64,000 nt of DNA from the human T2T-CHM13v2.0 reference genome, Homo sapiens. Where the stretch lies: the NCBI RefSeq assembly GCF_009914755.1, contig NC_060926.1, one strand, 5' to 3'. A program made the position numbers and the translations under genes. Position 1 is the first letter of the stretch; every line of letters starts with the position of its first letter. The notes beneath the pieces were generated by a model. The model searched no databases. It was given only the letters and a program-made list of their open reading frames with translations, and had not been told where the DNA came from. Positions 28,823 through 42,100 of the stretch are shown piece after piece.

Positions 28823-29844
28823 CATTCCCAGAAACTTCTTTGTGATGTTTGCATTCAAGTCACAGAGTTGAACATTCCCTTTCATAGAGCAGGTTTGAAA
28901 CACTCTTTTTGTAGTATCTGGATGTGGACATTTGGAGCGTTTTCAGGCCTATGGTGAAAAAGGAATTATCTTCCACTGAAAACTAGACAGAAGTATTCTC
29001 AGAAACTTATTTGTGATGTGCGCCCTCAACTAACAGTGTTGAAGCTTTCTTTTGAAAGAGCAGTTTTGAAACATTCTTTTTGTAAAATCTGCAAGAGGAT
29101 ATTTGGATAGCTTTGAGGATTTCGTTGGAAACGGGATTGTCTTCATATTAACCCTAGACAGTAGCATTCTCAGAAGCTTCATTGGGATGTTTCAATTGAA
29201 GTCACAGTGTTGAACAGTCCCTTTCATAGAGCAGGTTTGAAACACTCTTTTTTTAGCATCTGGAAGTGGACATTTGGAGCGTTCTCAGGACTACGGTGAA
29301 AAAGGAAATATCTTCCAATAAAAGCTAGATAGAAGCAATGTCAGAAACTTTTTCATCATGTATCTACTCAGCTAAAAGAATTGAACCTTTCTTTTGAGAG
29401 AGCAGTTTTGAAACACTCTTTTTGTAAAATCTGCAAGAGGATATTTGGATAGCTTTGAGGATTTCGTTGGAAACGGGATTGTCTTCATATAGAATCTAGA
29501 CAGAAGCATTCTCAGAAGCTTCATTGGGATGTTTCAATTAAAGTCACAGTGTTGAATATTCCCTTTCACAGAGCAGGTTTGAAACACTCTTTTTGTAGTA
29601 TCTGGAAGTGGACATTTGTAGCGCTCTCAGGACTATGGTGAAAAAGGAAATATCTTCCAATAAAAGCTAGATAGAAGCAATGTCAGAAACTTTTTCATGA
29701 TGTATCTACTCAGCTAACAGAGGTGAACATTTTTTTTGAGAGAGCAGTTTTGAAACACTCTTTTTGTGGAATCTGCAGGTGGATATTTGTCTAGCTTTCA
29801 GGATTTCGTTGGAAACGGGATTACATATAAAAAGCAGACAGCAG
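28823..29844 (+). repeat. 6-mer HOR variant (1022 bp): M1 M2 M3 M4/M2 M3 M4, mid-monomer breakpoint
   Basis: Spacing is 28742 to 29764. The M4 head joins M2 (TGTAAAATCTGCAAGAGG) at ~29399-29425. Confidence 0.9.
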
Positions 29845-30143
29845 CATTCCCAGAAACTTCATTGTGATGTTTGCATTCAAGTCACAGAGTTGAACATTCC
29901 CTTTCATAGAGCAGGTTTGAAACATTCTTTTTGTAGTATCTGGATGTGGACATTTGGAGCGCTTTCAGGCCTATGGTGAAAAAGGAAATATCTTCCCCTG
30001 AAAACTAGACAGAAGCATTCTCAGAAACTTATTTGTGATGTGCGCCCTCAACTAACAGTGTTAAACCTTTCTTTTGATAGAGTAGTTTTGAAACACTCTT
30101 TTTGTAAAATCTGCAAGAGGATATTTGGATAGCTTTGAGGATT

Positions 30144-33100
30144 TCGTTGGAAACGGGATTGTCTTCATATAAACTCTAGACAGTAGCATTCTCAGAAGCT
30201 TCATTGGGATGTTTCAACTGAAGTCACAGTGTTGAACAGTCCCTTTCATAGAGCAGGTTTGAAACACTCTTTTTGTAGTATCTGGAAGTGGACATTTGGA
30301 GCGTTCTCAGGACTACGGTGAAAAAGGAAATATCTTCCAATAAAAGCTAGATAGAAGCAATGTCAGAAACTTTTTCATGATGTATCTACTCAGCTAACAG
30401 AGTTGAACCTTTCTTTTGAGAGAGCAGTTTTGAAACACTCTTTTTGTGGAATCTGCAAGTGGATATTTATCTACCTTTGAGGATTTCGTTGGAAACGGGA
30501 TTACATATAAAAAGCAGGCAGCAGCATTCCCAGAAACTTCTTTGTGATGTTTGCATTCAAGTCACAGAGTTGAACATTCCCTTTCATAGAGCAGGTTTGA
30601 AACACTCTTTTTGTAGTATCTGGATTTGGACATTAGGAGCGCTTTCAGGCCCATGGTGAAAAAGGAAATATCTTCCACTGAAAACTAGACAGAAGTATTC
30701 TCAGAAACTTATTTGTGATGTGCGCCCTCAACTAACAGTGTTGAAGCTTTCTTTTGATAGAGCAGTTTTGAAACATTCTTTTTGTAAAATCTGCAAGAGG
30801 ATATTTGGATAGGTTTGAGGATTTCGTTGGAAACGGGATTGTCTTCATATTAACCCTAGACAGTAGCATTCTCAGAAGCTTCATTGGGATGTTTCAATTG
30901 AAGTCACAGTGTTGAACAGTCCCTTTCATAGAGCAGGTTTGAAACACTCTTTTTGTAGTATCTGGAAGTGGACATTTGGAGCTACGGACTACGGTGAAAA
31001 AGGTAATATCTTCCAATAAAAGCTAGATAGAAGCAATGTCAGAAACTTTTTCATGATGTATCTACTCAGCTAACAGAGTTGAACCTTTCTTTTGAGGCAG
31101 CAGTTTTCAAACACTCTTTTTGTGGAATCTGCAAGTGGATATTTGTCTAGCTTTGAGGACTTCGTTGGAAACGGGATTACATAAGAAAAGCAGACAGCAG
31201 CATTCCCAGAAACTTCTTTGTGATGTTTGCATTCAAGTCACAGAGTTGAACATTCCCTTTCATAGAGCAGGTTTGAAACACTCTTTTTGTAGTATCTGGA
31301 TGTGGACATTTGGAGCGCTTTCAGGCCTATGCTGAAAAAGGAAATATCTTCCCCTGAAAACTAGACAGAAGCATTCTCAGAAACTTATTTGTGATGTGCA
31401 CCCTCAACTGACAGTGTTGAAGCTTTCTTTTGATAGAGCAGTTTTGAAACACTCTTTTTGTAAAATCTGCAAGAGGATATTTGGATAGCTTTGAGGATTT
31501 CGTTGGAAACGGGATTGTCTTCATATAAACTCTAGACAGTAGCATTCTCAGAAGCTTCATTGGGATGTTTCAATTGAAGTCACAGTGTTGAACAGTCCCT
31601 TTCATAGAGCAGGTTTGAAACACTCTTTTTGTAGCATCTGGAAGTGGACATTTGGAGCGCTCTCAGGACTATGGTGAAGAAGGAAATATCTTCCAATAAA
31701 AGCTAGATAGAAGCAATATCAGAAACTTTTTCATGATGTATCTACTCAGATAACAGAGTTGAACCTTTTTTTTTAGAGAGCAGTTTTGAAACACTCTTTT
31801 TGTGGAATCTGCAAGTGGATATTGGTCTAGCTTTGAGGATTTCGTTGGAAACGGGATTGTCTTCATATAAAATCTAGACAGAAGCATTCTCAGAAGCTTC
31901 ATTGGGATGTTTCAACTGAAGTCACAGTGTTGAACAGTCCCTTTCATAGAGCAGGTTTGAAACACACTTTTTGTAGTATCTGGAAGTGGACATTTGGAGC
32001 GCTCTCAGGACTACGGTGAAAAAGGAAATATCTTCCAATAAAAGCTAGATAGAAGCAATGTCAGAAACTTTTTCATGATGTATCTACTCAGCTAACAGAG
32101 TTGAACCTTTCATTTGAGAGAGCAGTTTTGAAACACTCTTTTTGTGGAATCTGCAAGTGGATATTTGTCTAGCTTTGAGGATTTCGTTGGAAACGGGATT
32201 ACATATAAAAAGCAGACAGCAGCATTCCCAGAAACTTCTTTGTGATATTTGCATTCAAGTCACAGAGTTGAACATTCCCTTTCATAGAGCAGGTTTGAAA
32301 CACTCTTTTTGTAGTATCTGGATGTGGACATTTGGAGCGCTTTCAGGCCTATGGTGAAAAAGGAAATAACTTCCCCTGAAAACTAGACAGAAGCATTCTC
32401 AGAAACTTATTTGTGATGTGCGCCCTCAACTAACAGTGTTGAAGCTTTCTTTTGATAGAGCAGTTTTGAAACACTCTTTTTGTAAAATCTGCAAGACGAT
32501 ATTTGGATAGCTTTGAGGATTTCGGTGGAAATGGGATTGTCTTCATATAAACTCTAGACAGTAGCATTCTCAGAAGCTTCATTGGGATGTTTCAATCGAA
32601 GTCACAGTGTTGAACAGTCCCTTTCATAGAGCAGGTTTGAAACACTGTTTTTGTAATATCTGGAAGTGGACATTTGGAGCGCTCTCAAGACTACGGTGAA
32701 AAAGGAAATATCTTCCAATAAAAGCTAGATAGAAGCAATGTCAGAAACTTTTTCATGATGTATCTACTAAGCTAGCAGAGTTGAACCTTTCTTTTGAGAG
32801 AGCAGTTTTGAAACACTCTTTTTGTGGAATCTGCAAGTGGATATTTGTCTAGCTTTGAGGATTTCGTTGGAAACGGGATTACATATGAAAAGCAGACAGC
32901 AGCATTCCCAGAAACTTCTTTGTGATGTTTGCATTCAAGTCACAGAGTTGAACATTCCCTTTCATAGAGCAGGTTTGAAACACTCTTTTTGTAGTATCTG
33001 GATGTGGACATTTGGAGCGCTTTCAGGCCTATGGTGAAAAAGGAAATAACTTCCCCTGAAAACTAGACAGAAGCATTCTCAGAAACTTATTTGTGATGTG

Positions 33101-36100
33101 CGCCCTCAACTAACAGTGTTGAAGCTTTCTTTTCATAGAGCAGTTTTGCAACACTCTTTTTGTAAAATCTGCAAGAGGATATTTGGATAGCTTTGAGGAT
33201 TTCGGTGGAAATGGGATTGTCTTCATATAAACTCTAGACAGTAGCATTCTCAGAAGCTTCATTGGGATGTTTCAATTGAAGTCACAGTGTTGAACAGTCC
33301 CTTTCATAGAGCAGGTTTGAAACACTCTTTTTGTAGTATCTGGAAGTGGACATTTGGAGCGCTCTCAGGACTACGGTGAAAAAGGAAATATCTTCCAATA
33401 AAAGCTAGATAGAAGCAATGTCAGAAACTTTTTCATGATGTGTCTACTCAGCTAACAGAGTTGAACCTTTCTTTTGAGAGAGCACTTTTGAAACACTCTT
33501 TTTGTGGAATCTGCAAGTGGATATTTGTCTAGCTCTGAGGATTTCGTTGGAAACGGGATTACATATAAAAAGCAGACAGCAGCATTCCCAGAAACTTCTT
33601 TGTGATGTTTGCATTCAAGTCACAGTGTTGAACATTCCCTTTCATAGAGCAGGTTTGAAACACTCTTTTTGTAGTATCTGGATGTGGACATTTGGAGCGC
33701 TTTCAGGCCTATGGTGAAAAAGGAAATATCTTCCCCTGAAAACTAGACAGAAGTATTCTCAGAAAGTTATTTGTGATGTGCGCCCTCAACTAACAGTGTT
33801 GAAGCTTTCTTTTGATAGAGCAGTTTTGAAACATTCTTTTTGTAAAATCTGCAAGAGGATATTTGGATAGCTTTGAGGATTTCTTTGGAAACGGGATTGT
33901 CTTCATATTAACCCTAGACAGTAGCATTCTCAGAAGCTTCATTGGGATGTTTCAATTGAAGTCACAGTGTTGAACAGTCCCTTTCATAGAGCAGGTTTGA
34001 AACACTCTTTTTGTAGCATCTGGAAATGGTCATTTTGAGCGTTCTCAGGACTACGGTGAAAAGGGAAATATCTTCCAATAAAAGCTAGAAAGAAGCAATG
34101 TCAGGAACTTTTTCATGATGTATCTACTGAGCTAAAAGAGTTGAACTTTTCTTTTGAGACAGCAGTTTTGAAACACTCTTTTTGTGGAATCTGCAAGTGG
34201 ATATTTGTCTAGCTTCGAGGATTTCGTTGGAAACGGGATTACATATAAAAAGCAGACAGCAGCATTCCCAGAAACTTCTTTGTGATGTTTGCATTCAAGT
34301 CACAGAGTTGAACATTCCCTTTCATAGAGCAGGTTTGAAACACTCTTTTTGTAGTATCTGGATGTGGACATTTGGAGCGCTTTCAGGCCTATGGTGAAAA
34401 AGGAAATATCTTCCCCTGAAAACTAGACAGAAGCATTCTCAGAAACTTATTTGTGATGTGCGCCCTCAACTAACAGTGTTGAAGCTTTCTTTTCATAGAG
34501 CAGTTTTGAAACACTCTTTTTGTAAAATCTGCAAGAGGATATTTGGATAGCTTTGAGGATTTCGTTGGAAACGGGATTGTCTTCATATAAAATCTAGACA
34601 GAAGCATTCTCAGAAGCTTCATTGGGATGTTTCAATTGAAGTCACAGTGTTGAACAGTCCCTTTCATAGAGCATGTTTGAAACACTCTTTTTGTAGTATC
34701 TGGAAGTGGACATTTGGAGCATTCTCAGGACTACGGTGAAAAAGGAAATATCTTCCAAATAAAGCTAGATAGAAGAAATGTCAGAAAATTTTTCATGATG
34801 TATCTACTCAGCTAACAGAGTTGAACCTTTCTTTTGAGAGAGCAGTTTTGAAACACTCTTTTTGTGGAATCTGCAAGTGGATATTTGTCTAGCTTTGAGG
34901 ATTTCGTTGGAAACATGATTACATATAAAAAGCAGACAGCAGCATTCCCAGAAACTTCTTTGTGATTTTTGCATTCAAGTCACAGAGTTGAACATTCCCT
35001 TTCATAGAGCAGGTTTGAAACACTCTTTTTGTAGTATCTGGATGTGGACATTTGGAGCGCTTTCAGGCCTATGGTGAAAAAGGAAATATCTTCCCCTGAA
35101 AACTAGACAGAAGCATTCTCAGAAACTTATTTGTGATGTGCGCCCTCAACTAACAGTGTTGAAGCTTTCTTTTGATAGAGCAGTTTTCAAACACTCTTTT
35201 TGTAAAATCTGCAAGAGGATATTTGGATAGTTTTGAGGATATCGTTGGAAACGGGATTGTCTTCATATAAACTCTAGACAGTAGCATTCTCAGAAGCTTC
35301 ATTGGGATGTTTCAACTGAAGTCACAGTGTTGAACAGTCCCTTTCATAGAGCAGGTTTGAAACACTCTTTTTGTAGTATCTGGAAGTGGACATTTGGAGC
35401 GTTCTCAGGACTACGGTGAAAAAGGAAATATCTTCCAATAAAAGCTAGATAGAAGCAATGTCAGAAACTTTTTCATGATGTATCTACTCAGCTAACAGAG
35501 TTGAACCTTTCTTTTGAGAGAGCAGTTTTGAAACACTCTTTTTGTGGAATCTGCAAGTGGATATTTATCTACCTTTGAGGATTTCGTTGGAAACGGGATT
35601 ACATATAAAAAGCAGGCAGCAGCATTCCCAGAAACTTCTTTGTGATGTTTGCATTCAAGTCACAGAGTTGAACATTCCCTTTCATAGAGCAGGTTTGAAA
35701 CACTCTTTTTGTAGTATCTGGATTTGGACATTAGGAGCGCTTTCAGGCCCATGGTGAAAAAGGAAATATCTTCCACTGAAAACTAGACAGAAGTATTCTC
35801 AGAAACTTATTTGTGATGTGCGCCCTCAACTAACAGTGTTGAAGCTTTCTTTTGATAGAGCAGTTTTGAAACATTCTTTTTGTAAAATCTGCAAGAGGAT
35901 ATTTGGATAGGTTTGAGGTTTTTGTTGGAAACGGGATTGTCTTCATATTAACCCTAGACAGTAGCATTCTCAGAAGCTTCATTGGGATGTTTCAATTGAA
36001 GTCACAGTGTTGAACAGTCCCTTTCATAGAGCAGGTTTGAAACACTCTTTTTGTAGTATCTGGAAGTGGACATTTGGAGCTACGGACTACGGTGAAAAAG

Positions 36101-39100
36101 GTAATATCTTCCAATAAAAGCTAGATAGAAGCAATGTCAGAAACTTTTTCATGATGTATCTACTCAGCTAACAGAGTTGAACCTTTCTTTTGAGGCAGCA
36201 GTTTTCAAACACTCTTTTTGTGGAATCTGCAAGTGGATATTTGTCTAGCTTTGAGGACTTCGTTGGAAACGGGATTACATAAGAAAAGCAGACAGCAGCA
36301 TTCCCAGAAACTTCTTTGTGATGTTTGCATTCAAGTCACAGAGTTGAACATTCCCTTTCATAGAGCAGGTTTGAAACACTCTTTTTGTAGTATCTGGATG
36401 TGGACATTTGGAGCGCTTTCAGGCCTATGCTGAAAAAGGAAATATCTTCCCCTGAAAACTAGACAGAAGCATTCTCAGAAACTTATTTGTGATGTGCACC
36501 CTCAACTGACAGTGTTGAAGCTTTATTTTGATAGAGCAGTTTTGAAACACTCTTTTTGTAAAATCTGCAAGAGGATATTTGGATAGCTTTGAGGATTTCG
36601 TTGGAAACGGGATTGTCTTCATATAAACTCTAGACAGTAGCATTCTCAGAAGCTTCATTGGGATGTTTCAATTGAAGTCACAGTGTTGAACAGTCCCTTT
36701 CATAGAGCAGGTTTGAAACACTCTTTTTGTAGCATCTGGAAGTGGACATTTGGAGCGCTCTCAGGACTATGGTGAAGAAGGAAATATCTTCCAATAAAAG
36801 CTAGATAGAAGCAATATCAGAAACTTTTTCATGATGTATCTACTCAGATAACAGAGTTGAACCTTTTTTTTTAGAGAGCAGTTTTGAAACACTCTTTTTG
36901 TGGAATCTGCAAGTGGATATTGGTCTAGCTTTGAGGATTTCGTTGGAAACGGGATTGTCTTCATATAAAATCTAGACAGAAGCATTCTCAGAAGCTTCAT
37001 TGGGATGTTTCAACTGAAGTCACAGTGTTGAACAGTCCCTTTCATAGAGCAGGTTTGAAACACACTTTTTGTAGTATCTGGAAGTGGACATTTGGAGCGC
37101 TCTCAGGACTACGGTGAAAAAGGAAATATCTTCCAATAAAAGCTAGATAGAAGCAATGTCAGAAACTTTTTCATGATGTATCTACTCAGCTAACAGAGTT
37201 GAACCTTTCATTTGAGAGAGCAGTTTTGAAACACTCTTTTTGTGGAATCTGCAAGTGGATATTTGTCTAGCTTTGAGGATTTCGTTGGAAACGGGATTAC
37301 ATATAAAAAGCAGACAGCAGCATTCCCAGAAACTTCTTTGTGATATTTGCATTCAAGTCACAGAGTTGAACATTCCCTTTCATAGAGCAGGTTTGAAACA
37401 CTCTTTTTGTAGTATCTGGATGTGGACATTTGGAGCGCTTTCAGGCCTATGGTGAAAAAGGAAATAACTTCCCCTGAAAACTAGACAGAAGCATTCTCAG
37501 AAACTTATTTGTGATGTGCGCCCTCAACTAACAGTGTTGAAGCTTTCTTTTGATAGAGCAGTTTTGAAACACTCTTTTTGTAAAATCTGCAAGACGATAT
37601 TTGGATAGCTTTGAGGATTTCGGTGGAAATGGGATTGTCTTCATATAAACTCTAGACAGTAGCATTCTCAGAAGCTTCATTGGGATGTTTCAATCGAAGT
37701 CACAGTGTTGAACAGTCCCTTTCATAGAGCAGGTTTGAAACACTGTTTTTGTAATATCTGGAAGTGGACATTTGGAGCGCTCTCAAGACTACGGTGAAAA
37801 AGGAAATATCTTCCAATAAAAGCTAGATAGAAGCAATGTCAGAAACTTTTTCATGATGTATCTACTAAGCTAGCAGAGTTGAACCTTTCTTTTGAGAGAG
37901 CAGTTTTGAAACACTCTTTTTGTGGAATCTGCAAGTGGATATTTGTCTAGCTTTGAGGATTTCGTTGGAAACGGGATTACATATGAAAAGCAGACAGCAG
38001 CATTCCCAGAAACTTCTTTGTGATGTTTGCATTCAAGTCACAGAGTTGAACATTCCCTTTCATAGAGCAGGTTTGAAACACTCTTTTTGTAGTATCTGGA
38101 TGTGGACATTTGGAGCGCTTTCAGGCCTATGGTGAAAAAGGAAATAACTTCCCCTGAAAACTAGACAGAAGCATTCTCAGAAACTTATTTGTGATGTGCG
38201 CCCTCAACTAACAGTGTTGAAGCTTTCTTTTCATAGAGCAGTTTTGCAACACTCTTTTTGTAAAATCTGCAAGAGGATATTTGGATAGCTTTGAGGATTT
38301 CGGTGGAAATGGGATTGTCTTCATATAAACTCTAGACAGTAGCATTCTCAGAAGCTTCATTGGGATGTTTCAATTGAAGTCACAGTGTTGAACAGTCCCT
38401 TTCATAGAGCAGGTTTGAAACACTCTTTTTGTAGTATCTGGAAGTGGACATTTGGAGCGCTCTCAGGACTACGGTGAAAAAGGAAATATCTTCCAATAAA
38501 AGCTAGATAGAAGCAATGTCAGAAACTTTTTCATGATGTATCTACTCAGCTAACAGAGTTGAACCTTTCTTTTGAGAGAGCACTTTTGAAGCACTCTTTT
38601 TGTGGAATCTGCAAGTGGATATTTGTCTAGCTCTGAGGATTTCGTTGGAAACGGGATTACATATAAAAAGCAGACAGCAGCATTCCCAGAAACTTCTTTG
38701 TGATGTTTGCATTCAAGTCACAGTGTTGAACATTCCCTTTCATAGAGCAGGTTTGAAACACTCTTTTTGTAGTATCTGGATGTGGACATTTGGAGCGCTT
38801 TCAGGCCTATGGTGAAAAAGGAAATATCTTCCCCTGAAAACTAGACAGAAGTATTCTCAGAAAGTTATTTGTGATGTGCGCCCTCAACTAACAGTGTTGA
38901 AGCTTTCTTTTGATAGAGCAGTTTTGAAACATTCTTTTTGTAAAATCTGCAAGAGGATATTTGGATAGCTTTGAGGATTTCTTTGGAAACGGGATTGTCT
39001 TCATATTAACCCTAGACAGTAGCATTCTCAGAAGCTTCATTGGGATGTTTCAATTGAAGTCACAGTGTTGAACAGTCCCTTTCATAGAGCAGGTTTGAAA

Positions 39101-42100
39101 CACTCTTTTTGTAGCATCTGGAAATGGTCATTTTGAGCGTTCTCAGGACTACGGTGAAAAGGGAAATATCTTCCAATAAAAGCTAGATAGAAGCAATGTC
39201 AGGAACTTTTTCATGATGTATCTACTGAGCTAAAAGAGTTGAACTTTTCTTTTGAGACAGCAGTTTTGAAACACTCTTTTTGTGGAATCTGCAAGTGGAT
39301 ATTTGTCTAGCTTCGAGGATTTCGTTGGAAACGGGATTACATATAAAAAGCAGACAGCAGCATTCCCAGAAACTTCTTTGTGATGTTTGCATTCAAGTCA
39401 CAGAGTTGAACATTCCCTTTCATAGAGCAGGTTTGAAACACTCTTTTTGTAGTATCTGGATGTGGACATTTGGAGCGCTTTCAGGCCTATGGTGAAAAAG
39501 GAAATATCTTCCCCGGAAAACTAGACAGAAGCATTCTCAGAAACTTATTTGTGATGTGCGCCCTCAACTAACAGTGTTGAAGCTTTCTTTTCATAGAGCA
39601 GTTTTGAAACACTCTTTTTGTAAAATCTGCAAGAGGATATTTGGATAGCTTTGAGGATTTCGTTGGAAACGGGATTGTCTTCATATAAAATCTAGACAGA
39701 AGCATTCTCAGAAGCTTCATTGGGATGTTTCAATTGAAGTCACAGTGTTGAACAGTCCCTTTCATAGAGCATGTTTGAAACACTCTTTTTGTAGTATCTG
39801 GAAGTGGACATTTGGAGCATTCTCAGGACTACGGTGAAAAAGGAAATATCTTCCAAATAAAGCTAGATAGAAGAAATGTCAGAAAATTTTTCATGATGTA
39901 TCTACTCAGCTAACAGAGTTGAACCTTTCTTTTGAGAGAGCAGTTTTGAAACACTCTTTTTGTGGAATCTGCAAGTGGATATTTGTCTAGCTTTGAGGAT
40001 TTCGTTGGAAACATGATTACATATAAAAAGCAGACAGCAGCATTCCCAGAAACTTCTTTGTGATTTTTGCATTCAAGTCACAGAGTTGAACATTCCCTTT
40101 CATAGAGCAGGTTTGAAACACTCTTTTTGTAGTATCTGGATGTGGACATTTGGAGCGCTTTCAGGCCTATGGTGAAAAAGGAAATATCTTCCCCTGAAAA
40201 CTAGACAGAAGCATTCTCAGAAACTTATTTGTGATGTGCGCCCTCAACTAACAGTGTTGAAGCTTTCTTTTGATAGAGCAGTTTTCAAACACTCTTTTTG
40301 TAAAATCTGCAAGAGGATATTTGGATAGTTTTGAGGATATCGTTGGAAACGGGATTGTCTTCATATAAACTCTAGACAGTAGCATTCTCAGAAGCTTCAT
40401 TGGGATGTTTCAACTGAAGTCACAGTGTTGAACAGTCCCTTTCATAGAGCAGGTTTGAAACACTCTTTTTGTAGTATCTGGAAGTGGACATTTGGAGCGT
40501 TCTCAGGACTACGGTGAAAAAGGAAATATCTTCCAATAAAAGCTAGATAGAAGCAATGTCAGAAACTTTTTCATGATGTATCTACTCAGCTAACAGAGTT
40601 GAACCTTTCTTTTGAGAGAGCAGTTTTGAAACACTCTTTTTGTGGAATCTGCAAGTGGATATTTATCTACCTTTGAGGATTTCGTTGGAAACGGGATTAC
40701 ATATAAAAAGCAGGCAGCAGCATTCCCAGAAACTTCTTTGTGATGTTTGCATTCAAGTCACAGAGTTGAACATTCCCTTTCATAGAGCAGGTTTGAAACA
40801 CTCTTTTTGTAGTATCTGGATTTGGACATTAGGAGCGCTTTCAGGCCCATGGTGAAAAAGGAAATATCTTCCACTGAAAACTAGACAGAAGTATTCTCAG
40901 AAACTTATTTGTGATGTGCGCCCTCAACTAACAGTGTTGAAGCTTTCTTTTGATAGAGCAGTTTTGAAACATTCTTTTTGTAAAATCTGCAAGAGGATAT
41001 TTGGATAGGTTTGAGGTTTTCGTTGGAAACGGGATTGTCTTCATATTAACCCTAGACAGTAGCATTCTCAGAAGCTTCATTGGGATGTTTCAATTGAAGT
41101 CACAGTGTTGAACAGTCCCTTTCATAGAGCAGGTTTGAAACACTCTTTTTGTAGTATCTGGAAGTGGACATTTGGAGCTACGGACTACGGTGAAAAAGGT
41201 AATATCTTCCAATAAAAGCTAGATAGAAGCAATGTCAGAAACTTTTTCATGATGTATCTACTCAGCTAACAGAGTTGAACCTTTCTTTTGAGGCAGCAGT
41301 TTTCAAACACTCTTTTTGTGGAATCTGCAAGTGGATATTTGTCTAGCTTTGAGGACTTCGTTGGAAACGGGATTACATAAGAAAAGCAGACAGCAGCATT
41401 CCCAGAAACTTCTTTGTGATGTTTGCATTCAAGTCACAGAGTTGAACATTCCCTTTCATAGAGCAGGTTTGAAACACTCTTTTTGTAGTATCTGGATGTG
41501 GACATTTGGAGCGCTTTCAGGCCTATGCTGAAAAAGGAAATATCTTCCCCTGAAAACTAGACAGAAGCATTCTCAGAAACTTATTTGTGATGTGCACCCT
41601 CAACTGACAGTGTTGAAGCTTTCTTTTGATAGAGCAGTTTTGAAACACTCTTTTTGTAAAATCTGCAAGAGGATATTTGGATAGCTTTGAGGATTTCGTT
41701 GGAAACGGGATTGTCTTCATATAAACTCTAGACAGTAGCATTCTCAGAAGCTTCATTGGGATGTTTCAATTGAAGTCACAGTGTTGAACAGTCCCTTTCA
41801 TAGAGCAGGTTTGAAACACTCTTTTTGTAGCATCTGGAAGTGGACATTTGGAGCGCTCTCAGGACTATGGTGAAGAAGGAAATATCTTCCAATAAAAGCT
41901 AGATAGAAGCAATATCAGAAACTTTTTCATGATGTATCTACTCAGATAACAGAGTTGAACCTTTTTTTTTAGAGAGCAGTTTTGAAACACTCTTTTTGTG
42001 GAATCTGCAAGTGGATATTGGTCTAGCTTTGAGGATTTCGTTGGAAACGGGATTGTCTTCATATAAAATCTAGACAGAAGCATTCTCAGAAGCTTCATTG

